This document shows, one piece after another, positions 1-7,423 of a stretch of DNA of 10,106 bases (within the stretch, counting starts at the first letter, position 1; each line of letters opens with the position of its first letter). This DNA is from Octopus sinensis (taxonomy: Eukaryota), in NCBI RefSeq assembly GCF_006345805.1, contig NW_021827644.1, positions 1 to 10,106 on the forward strand, given 5' to 3'. The position numbers were made by a program, and so were the translations under genes. The notes under the pieces were generated by a model. The model was not told the origin of the DNA. It was given only the letters and a program-made list of their open reading frames with translations, and did not search any database.

Positions 1-466
1 ACATATATATATATTTATTTATCTATATTATTATCTAAATATATATACACACATAAACGTGTACAGGCATGTTATATGTTATATATATATATAATACATA
101 CATACATACATACATTATATATATATATAATACTCATATATGTATATATATATATATATATAATATATATATAATATAATATATATATATATACTCATAT
201 ATGTATACTTGTGTGCAGTATATACACACACACATTTCCCTCTATCCATCTCTTTCTCTTTTCTCTCCCTTTCTCGCTCTCTCACACACTATATATACTA
301 CATATATGCATATATACATAAACAGATGGGTATATTATATATGCACACACACACATATATATACATATATATATATATAGATATATATGCATATATTTAC
401 ATATATATATGTATGTATATATATATGTATATTTGTTGTATGTATGTGTGTGTATATATATATATA
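1..466. repeat. Compound (TA)n/(CA)n/(TACA)n/(TG)n microsatellite with a short CT-rich stretch
   Basis: Directly visible interrupted dinucleotide runs. ORFs 209-517 and 335-565 are Y/I/H/T read-throughs of these repeats. Confidence 0.95.
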
Positions 467-663
467 CGAGAGGTATTGGTATCCAGAAGACCCAAGGTGG
501 CAGGTAACGCTATGTAAGTGACATGGAAGGACCTTAGCTAAACTCTCGGTTCGATAATGATACAAGTGAGGAATTTAATGCGTGTCGTGTATGATCATGT
601 ATATGTTAAATAAAATGAGACAACAAAGACAATGAATTTTCAGGACGTTTATAAAGAGAAAGT

Positions 664-715
664 TAGTCTTACAGCTGTTTCTGGGATATTAGGGATATCC
701 CTTCATCAGAGACTA
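664..715 (-). ncRNA. Minimal type I hammerhead ribozyme with intact core
   Basis: Minus strand reads uagucu-CUGAUGA-a-gggauau[cccua]auauccc-a-GAAA-cagcug-UA-agacua. Stem I has 6 bp, stem II 7 bp, and stem III is the short palindrome CAGCUG. The predicted cleavage triplet is GUA. There is one extra A between stem II and GAAA. Confidence 0.8.
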
Positions 716-859
716 TGTGAGATGGTGAAATAGAGGGAAATATTAGACTCCAATATAAGGGGAAATAAGAGAATTAAAATGAATATAAAAATATATGTAG
801 GATGTTATACATCTATAACATCCAAAACCACTGCTTATATTGAATTCTAATATTTCCCT

Positions 860-907
860 GTCTCTGGTGAAGGGACACCCCTAATATCCCACAAACAGTT
901 GTAAGAC
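860..907 (+). ncRNA. Degenerate, probably inactive hammerhead copy on the opposite arm of the foldback
   Basis: gucu-CUGGUGA-agggacacccctaatatccca-CAAA-caguug-UA-agac. Core changes are A6G (CUGAUGA to CUGGUGA) and G12C (GAAA to CAAA); stem II is weakened. Confidence 0.7.
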
Positions 908-978
908 TAACTTTCTCTTTATAATTGTCCTGAAAATACCACACAGACTTGGCTTGTGCTTTTGTCCCATTTTACTTA

Positions 979-1058
979 ACACAAACACAGACACAGACAC
1001 ACACACACACACTATATGTATGTATATATGTATTTATATAAATATAAATATAATATAT

Positions 1059-1097
<39 letters not shown>

Positions 1098-1136
1098 CAT
1101 ATACATACATATATTTATATAACATGTACATATACA

Positions 1137-1208
<72 letters not shown>

Positions 1209-1215
1209 TATATAT
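979..1215. repeat. (CA)n/(TA)n microsatellite
   Basis: Directly visible, with a long near-perfect TA run from ~1143 to 1200. Confidence 0.95.
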
Positions 1216-1360
1216 AATAACGGGAAGGTTTACGAAAATAAACAAAAGACGAAGGCAGGTGGAATACAAACGAACAATTGTATTAGTATGGCGCTCAGGA
1301 ATAGAAATAAAACAAGTCTTTTACGTTTCGAGCCTACGCTCTTCGACAGAAAGATACACA
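1216..1360 (-). mobile_element. Short HHR-bearing interspersed repeat (Penelope-like pLTR or retrozyme fragment) between microsatellites
   Basis: Complex sequence island flanked by (TA)n and (TACA/CA)n that contains the HHR fold at 1317-1354. It resembles a high-copy octopus repeat I recall; this is unverified. Confidence 0.55.
1317..1354 (-). ncRNA. Minimal type I hammerhead-like motif with variant core CUGUCGA
   Basis: Minus strand reads ucuuu-CUGUCGA-a-gagc[guag]gcuc-GAAA-cg-UA-aaaga. Stem I has 5 bp, stem II 4 bp with a tetraloop, and stem III is reduced to the ACGU palindrome. Core position 6 is U rather than A. Confidence 0.65.
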
Positions 1361-1519
1361 TGTATACATACAAAAATACATACATATCTATATACACACA
1401 CACCCAATCTGTTTGTCGCTCTCTTTGTTTTTATTCATCAAACTCATTCATTCTGTCTCTTCTTTTAGCTTTTCGCTAACTTTGTTTTTCATTCACTCTG
1501 TAATATCTCCTCTTACTCC

Positions 1520-1520
<1 letters not shown>

Positions 1521-1550
<30 letters not shown>

Positions 1551-1625
1551 CTTCTTCTTCTTCTTCTTCTTCTTCTTCTTCTTCTTCTTCTTCTTCTTCT
1601 TCTTCTTCTTCTTCTTCTTCTTCTT

Positions 1626-1656
<31 letters not shown>

Positions 1657-1685
1657 TTCTTCTTCTGCTTCGTCTTCTTCTTCTT
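1521..1685. repeat. (CTT)n/(GAA)n microsatellite, 45 perfect units at 1521-1655 plus a degenerate end
   Basis: Counted directly. It explains the poly-Leu ORF 1413-1712. Confidence 0.97.
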
Positions 1686-1758
1686 TATTCTATGTTCAGT
1701 CTACAGGGCTGAAGGAGGGGTTGGGGCTTTTCAGTAGAACAACATCGGCAACGATAAA

Positions 1759-1984
1759 CACCACCACCATCACCATCATCATCATCTTCATCGCATCACC
1801 ACCACTACTACAAGCAACAACAGTAACAAATAAGACAATCAGCAACCTTCCTGTCCACCCTAATCACCAACAACAAAATCATTAGCTGCCATCTTTTCGG
1901 GTCCTGTAAAATAACGTACTGGGGGTACTGCCTATGTAAGGAAATACCACCACCACCACCACCACCATCATCATCATCATTCAG

Positions 1985-2032
<48 letters not shown>

Positions 2033-2043
2033 TAAACTCATCA
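1759..2043. repeat. Compound (CAC)n/(CAT)n/(CAA)n microsatellite with a non-repeat insert at ~1865-1945
   Basis: Directly visible. It explains the poly-Met/Gly ORF 1808-2044. Confidence 0.9.
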
Positions 2044-2054
2044 TTTAGTGGTTT

Positions 2055-2277
2055 CGTTAGAGCAACGGCGAAATGCTTAGCGGCATTTCGTCCGTCTTTA
2101 CGTTCTGAGTTCAAATTCCGCCGAGGTCGACTTTACCTGTTATGTTTTCAGGGTCGATAAAATAAAGTACTAGTCAAGTATTGGGATCGATGTAATCGAC
2201 TTACCCCTTGTGCACCCAAAAATATTTCAGACCTTGTGTCTGTAGTAGAAAGGATTGTTATAAGTAGTATTTATTAT
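2055..2277 (+). mobile_element. tRNA-derived SINE (group A, gtcgactttgcctttcatcc-type body), 5' end slightly truncated
   Basis: 8-bp stem cgaaatgc/gcatttcg (2069-2090) and B-box-like gttcaaattc (2109-2118). The body gaggtcgacttt...gggtcgataaaataaagtac is shared with the copies at 3381 and 9290-9470. It ends in an ATT-like tail. Confidence 0.85.
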
Positions 2278-2279
2278 GA

Positions 2280-3100
2280 CCTCACTGAAAACGTGTAGAG
2301 ACTGGTGAACCTGCCGAAACATCTTGGCTATTGCGGCAGTGATGACGACAACGAAAATAAGGGCCAACTGGTGTGGATACCTTTTGTACGACACGCCCTT
2401 CTGTAGCTCGTCGTTCACTGCACTCCAATCGTGGGTCCTGCGTAGACCAAGTCTACGCATCTGGCATCTAGAATGTTGCCATCTACTCACGGCACTGCTC
2501 CAGCTGGACAAAGACATCGGAGGGGAAACAACACTCGCATTCAGTTGAGGGTTAATGGATGGTATAAATCATGATGATCTGGGAGCAACTTTGGATGTAG
2601 ATGAGGACAGACGGAGCTGTCTGTTCTGGAGGACTTTTGATTTGGAAACCATGGACAACTTCCGTGGCAGTACTATAGTTGGGAATTACGTGTTCGAGGC
2701 AAGATTCTCGGGGTACTGTAGCGCCAAAAATCGGCCACAGATCGATGAAACCATCCTGCACGCTATCTTTCAGTGTTCGTGCATTACAGACCTTGTGGGC
2801 TTGTATCGAACGGCAGCTGTCGCGTGTAGAACGAATCCGAATATCATCCGGGTTTGTGATGAAAATCGATGCACCACTTTCCTTTGGCTCAGAAGAGCGG
2901 CTAGTCTTCCTCTGCCTGGTAGCCAGGAAAAGAAAAGGTGCGATGTATACGTCTATAAGACAGACATCTTCCTCTTTGGCCAAACTCTCATCAACTTCTT
3001 GAAGTATCACTTGAAGAGAAAGCTGAGGGTAGAGAAGGGGATGTACTTTCTGTTGTGCTTGACTAAAAATAGAGGAGAGTTGCAAGACTGGAGAGGTTGA
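2280..3100 (+). pseudogene. 5'-truncated, frameshifted L1/Tx1-clade non-LTR retrotransposon ORF2 C-terminus (zf-RVT-like region); 3' UTR may run to ~3350
   Basis: Peptides switch frame across three plus-strand ORFs: ALQSWVLRRPSLRIWHLECC, RTFDLETMDNF, DETILHAIFQC (ET..H....C zinc motif, first cysteines decayed), IERQLSRVERIRISS...LVFLCLVA, GQTLINFLKYHLKRKLRVE. The block has higher GC. No RT core is present. Clade assignment is from remembered motifs. Confidence 0.7.
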
Positions 3101-3380
3101 ATGGGTTTATAATGATTTCTTTTTTCTTAGTTGGAGGAAAGGAACTGTAGCTACTTTGCATGTAGCAGAGTGATCCGAGCCTTTGTGTGGGGTTTCCCCC
3201 AATTACCGTACATGGTCTTTCACAACAATAATATTACTTTGTCGTATTGAATGCTTATTGAGAGGTTCTCTGGTTTTGTGAAGCGCTTTTTGTTCAATGT
3301 AAAATCTTACTTTTGTGTTTGTTGTTGGAATTTTGCTTGTATTGCCTTCAATGTTTCGTCGTCATCATCAGTGTCATTAT

Positions 3381-3545
3381 CACGCTGGACAAGATGCTTG
3401 GCGGTATTTTTTTCCGGCTCTTTACGATCCGAGTTCAAATATGACTGAAGTCAACTTAGCCTTTCATCCTTTAGTGGGATCGATACAATCGACCATCTCC
3501 TCTATAATTGTTGGCCCTGTGCCAACAGTTAGAACCCTTTATTAT
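3381..3545 (+). mobile_element. tRNA-derived SINE (group A), diverged copy with an internal deletion
   Basis: atgcttggcggtattt, B-box-like gagttcaaat, gtcaacttagcctttcatccttt, then gatcgatacaatcgacc. It aligns to the 2055 copy except for ~33 missing nt. Confidence 0.75.
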
Positions 3546-3555
3546 CAGTGTTATT

Positions 3556-3653
3556 CATATCATCATCATCATCGTCATCGTCGTCGTCGTCATCATCATC
3601 ATCATCGTCGTCGTCGTCGTCGTCATCATCATCAACATCATCATCATTGTCAT
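3556..3653. repeat. (CAT)n/(CGT)n compound microsatellite, possibly an expanded SINE tail
   Basis: Directly visible. It explains the His/Arg and Ile/Val runs in ORFs 3315-3854 and 3508-3729. Confidence 0.93.
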
Positions 3654-4021
3654 AATGTCTTCGACTGTTTTACACAAGTTTCTACCGACCCACACCAGCT
3701 GCTACTCCATGTCCCAGAGATGTGTGTGACACCATCGTCTTTTGGGAACGTTGTACACGAGTGTCTCTATTCTTCGTCCGTTTTGTCTTGTTACAGGATT
3801 TGTTTAGCTGGGTTTCGTTTTGTTGTAATTTCAGTGTTACTTTCTGTTGTGTAGAACACATTGAATATACTCTATACCATAGAAGTCGGTTATTGTTCTA
3901 CTATATTCTTTAGTGGTGACAAAATAGAGCATTAGTGGTGCAGGTCATGTTATTTTATTGGGCGGTGACTTTAGTGAGTATGTAATGTGTGACTCGAACA
4001 TATTGTCTGCGTTGTATTGCT

Positions 4022-4331
4022 GAGACCCCTTCGGTCATGAATGACCATGGGATTGCACCTAGAAAGTTACCTTCCTAGATACAAGTCCGGGCAAGGTTGT
4101 TTATGGAAGACCAGCAGTTGTCCATGCATACCGGCCTCCCCTCTCCACGCCTCCAGTGTTATCCAAGGGAAAGGCAAAGGCCGATACGGCTTGGCACCTG
4201 TGACGTCGCAACTCATTTCTACAGCTGAGTGAACTGGAGCAACGTGAAATAAAGTGTCCTGCTCAAGAACACAACACGCAGCCCGTCCGGGATTCGAACT
4301 CACAACCTCGCGATTGTAAGCTCGACCCTCT
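4022..4331 (-). mobile_element. tRNA-derived SINE (group B) with a CORE-like central domain, 5' A-box missing
   Basis: Minus strand has B-box GTTCGAATCC (4290-4299), then gtgttcttgagcaggacactttatttcacgttgctccagttcactcagctgtagaaatgag (CORE-like) and a ~170-nt 3' tail. Confidence 0.85.
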
Positions 4332-4509
4332 TGTGTTAGAGAATTGAATATTGTATAGACTGTGGGTTGTACCTAGCAAGGCTATGTTTCCGACTATGTG
4401 CAATGTCGGGACTCCTGCTGGGATTCATAAGTTTTTGTTCATATTTTGTTTCATTATACTTAGTAACCGCCCTCCACCAATTATTATTATTGTCTCTAGT
4501 TTTCAAAAC

Positions 4510-4780
4510 AAAAAAAGAAAAAAAATTAAAAGAAAAAGAAGTTAAAATCCGTCCTGAGGAAAACCGGCTCATAAGGCCGGTTTTGAGCCGGTTTTCCCGG
4601 ATTCTGTGGCGTATAGTCGTTGCAGGATTACTCATTTATGTCAGCTGAGTGAACTGAAGGAACTTGAGATGAAGTTGCTTCAGTTTGCTCAAAACCAATA
4701 GGCACCGCTCGGTCCAGGAACCGAAACCACAAGCTTTCGATCATGAGCGCAACACCATAACCACTTACCCATGCGTCTCT
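4510..4780 (-). mobile_element. tRNA-derived SINE (group B head and core, different 3' tail) inserted into the RLE region of the R4/Dong remnant
   Basis: Minus strand has a head gacgcatgggtaagtggttatgg (A-box-like) and a degenerate B-box gtttcggttcc. It shares cagctgagtgaactg (4642-4656) with 4222-4236, has a 3' hairpin at 4546-4603 and a T-rich tail at 4510-4545. R4 peptide motifs resume on both sides. Confidence 0.75.
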
Positions 4781-5377
4781 AAGTTACTAGTTTTACTTTG
4801 ACAATTTTAGCAGATGCTTTGGTAAAAATAGATCGTGTTTATTTATTCATTTATTTTTATCGGAGTGCAAACATTTTCGCTCTGCATCTGTACATTTTGT
4901 GTTAGTTCCCTTGTCATTCTAGATCAACACACCCCAGATGATTGCGGCCGAATCGCTGTTGTTTTCTATGATTGGTAAATGTTTAGCTAGTCCTTCTTCT
5001 GTTATCCGTTTTTAGCTCGAAATGTTGGCATATCGTCTGGTATACACATGTGATTTGCCAAGAACTCGGCTATTTGAAAGATTGTGATCAAGTATCTCGT
5101 TGTATTGGTAGCCTAATCTGTATTGATGTTAGAGACTTCTGTTTTAATTATTATTTTATTTTTGTGGTTATTTGTGGCGAAGCTTTGATCCTGCAGAGCT
5201 AACTTCAGATCTATTCTGCTTTTAGCCCCAAAACTTTGAACCGTTGCTAAATCCCATTCTAGCTTACTCCATCGCATCTTACGGGGTATTCTCTCTCATT
5301 TTTACTTCAGAATATTTTAGAATTTCCCTTTGATTTTGTTATTATCCCCTTTTTCTTTCGTGTTTTCTTTAACTATA

Positions 5378-5544
5378 TATCGTATTCACTTCTGTATAAG
5401 TAGTATTATTTTATATTTGATTTTTAATTGAAAAATAATGTGTGACTCTACACGGAGCAAAGCTAAAACAATGAAGGGAAAATTTTTTGTACCAAGATTT
5501 CAACCTAAATTAGGGGTCCAAATTATACGCCAGTATATACTGTA
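5378..5544. mobile_element. Probable Tc1/mariner-superfamily (pogo-like) MITE nested in the R4/Dong remnant
   Basis: Degenerate terminal inverted repeats 5378-5401 and 5521-5544 match at 16/24 and begin and end with TA. The right end (reverse complement tacagtatatactggcgtataa) resembles pogo-type termini. R4 coding similarity is absent across this interval. Confidence 0.45.
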
Positions 5545-6479
5545 TTTTTCAGTTTGTATTTTATTGGTTCTTTTTTGTTTTTTTGTTTCTTTTTTTTCCT
5601 TATTATACTTCTCAGTTTTCCCTTTTACTTCTAAGTATTTTTTTAGTTCCACTGTAGTTATTTTGTAGTAATTATCTATTTGTATCAGACTCTACTCATC
5701 GTGTGTGCAGAACATATATATCTTGTCTGTATTCACTTTGAAACACTGATAATAAATTCCTGTGTTCTTTTCTGGATTTATCTACTCACTTAACTTGCAG
5801 TTTATTATTTCCTGACTGGGAGGTTTAGAGTACTTACGACTACTATCTGAATTCTAGCGTTGAGTTCAGTTTTTAATATTAGTCTGACTTTTCTCTAATA
5901 CTTATTACTAATGTTCTCCTTTATGCTAGTGTTTTAAATCTTATCAAATTCATTTACTTCTAATTATTTATATAACTGGTTCTGGTCTAATTCTCTGATT
6001 TCAATGTCTATATTTGATTTAATGTTCTCAGTTTAGTTAGCATCTTCAGAGAGAAGCCATAGCACATTTGTTTAATCCCATGCTCAGTTTTTATGTCATG
6101 GCTGAATTTATGAACAATTCATTGTAGATTTCCTACTAGTTATTATCCCTTATAAATACTTTGAAGTCATTTATGCAGGAAAGGTAATTTATATTTTTTG
6201 TCTACATTTGTAGCCATTGGGGGTTTTATTCCACACATTTATTAATGGCGTTAAAACTAAGCAAAAGAGTTGAGTTAATGATTCACCCGTGAAGATTTCT
6301 CTTCTTATTTACAAAGAGTAGGTTTTAATGATCTCCTCTTTGTCCTGTAGTGATATATTTGTTTTCTTTTTTGATATGGTATGATTAGTGTATTTTGTTT
6401 GTTAAAATTAGCTTCTAATTAAACGGAATATCCCCAGAGGATTGTCTGTAGAAGTTACATATCGGAACATGCATTCAGC

Positions 6480-7070
6480 CACTACATGCTGGCCTCGACG
6501 CACAGAATGTCTTGGTATCAGACAGACCAACTGAGAGTAGTACGCATCTCTTCAAGTGGAAGTCTTTGCTCTCTAGTTTGACCAAACTCGAGCTAGACAG
6601 GACGATCAGGTGGTAAATTATAAAGGAGTCCTTGTAAGCACTCACCACTTTTTCACGACCATTCAGAGGAAAACTTTCTCTCTGCACATTTTGAATGGGA
6701 GCCGCCATCCTGCTCGTAACATCGCCTTGGTTCTTGTCTTCTGGAGGGTCGTCCCAAACCAGATGTCAACCAACTCAACCAACTTTACTGGACTTTCGGT
6801 TCAGCGATATACGCTATTCAACATGAATTTTCCAACACGTGTCCAGGTTTAGGCTGGCTCCTGTTAACATCAAATATTCTTTCAATATGATGGTGACCAC
6901 CCCCACTTTCGCGGTGTCAAACATCGGCCCAGGGACGGCTAGAATAATCAGGAAAGTATTAGATAGCTGAAAAGAACGAGTCTCGATAGCATGGCACCGT
7001 AGGCTGGAAGTAGCAAGCCTGCTACGTTTGTAAAATTCCAGGAGCTCCAAGAAAATATGTGGTAAAGAGA
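6480..7070 (+). mobile_element. Possible very old L1/Tx1-like LINE 3' remnant
   Basis: Higher-GC block with only faint peptide echoes (PLHAGL, DDQVV, TCP, FVKFQ) in the expected order. Weak support. Confidence 0.25.
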
Positions 7071-7230
<160 letters not shown>

Positions 7231-7376
7231 CCCGAAAGATTACAGCTGGGAAGCATAGGAACAAAATACAAAAACGAGGGTAAACAATAGCAACAACGCA
7301 AACAAGAAATGAATTACTTTTTATGGAAAAGTTTCAATAGGGATAGCCATCCAGGAATCAATCGGAAACACCTCTT

Positions 7377-7423
7377 CACATACACACTTACACACACATA
7401 CACGCACAAAAAAAAAAAAAAAA
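7377..7423. repeat. (CA)n run followed by an A16 homopolymer
   Basis: Directly visible. Confidence 0.85.

Larger units (their letters stand above)
636..937. mobile_element. Foldback element with long inverted arms carrying hammerhead motifs (Penelope-like pLTR or retrozyme-type remnant)
   Basis: 636-713 matches the reverse complement of 860-937 at 71/78 nt by hand alignment. Inner arms continue: 734-747 agggaaatattaga pairs perfectly with 846-859, and caatataag at 751-759 pairs with 834-842. A 10-bp hairpin (800-809/814-823) lies near the centre. The Penelope assignment is inferred from the HHR content. Confidence 0.7.
4335..6480 (-). pseudogene. Old, heavily mutated R4/Dong-type non-LTR retrotransposon (RT, zinc knuckle region, RLE), interrupted by later insertions
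   Basis: Colinear motifs through stops and frameshifts: IRREIFTGESLTQLFCLVLTPL (6243-6308, like IFQGDSLSPLLF), NYLSCINDFKVF (YMDD equivalent at 6166-6174), KFSHDIKTEHGIKQMC, YK*LE (YKYLG), ILKTELNA (5856-5879), QDQSFATNNHK (5161-5193), EILDHNLSNSRVLGKS (5051-5098), ICQHF, IENN...IIW, LKLSK*, and IALLGTTH (4362-4385). The 5' boundary is approximate. Confidence 0.85.

Noticed and set aside
461-520. TA-CGAGAGG resembling a mariner TIR start, and a gtaagt splice-donor-like motif
   Set aside because: No matching second TIR, no acceptor site and no coherent exon.
1865-1945. Faint similarity to the group A SINE body (cttttcgggtcctgtaaaataacgtactggggg)
   Set aside because: Too short and too diverged to call as a separate copy without an alignment.
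209-2044. ORFs with Y/I, poly-L, poly-M or poly-G content
   Set aside because: They are translations of stop-free microsatellite frames with no coding signal. The same applies to ORFs at 3315-3854, 6948-7301 and 9450-9689.
2055-2120. tRNA gene
   Set aside because: B-box and one stem are present, but there is no full cloverleaf and the sequence continues into a SINE body. The same holds for 4285-4331 and 4715-4780.
2302-2345. CUGGUGA...GAAA hammerhead-like spacing
   Set aside because: No stem II, no UH cleavage site after the catc/gatg pairing, and it lies inside LINE coding sequence.
2439-2459. 9-bp perfect hairpin tgcgtagac/gtctacgca; a similar 9-bp hairpin lies at 7561-7585
   Set aside because: Isolated short stems with no supporting context; plausible by chance.
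2552-3100. 181-aa plus and 177-aa minus ORFs as host genes
   Set aside because: The plus ORF is a mosaic of in-frame and out-of-frame pieces of a decayed LINE ORF2. The minus ORF is its antisense shadow.
3946-3975. HVILLGGDFS resembling the APE endonuclease GDFN motif
   Set aside because: A single short motif, with an upstream in-frame stop and no other APE motifs.
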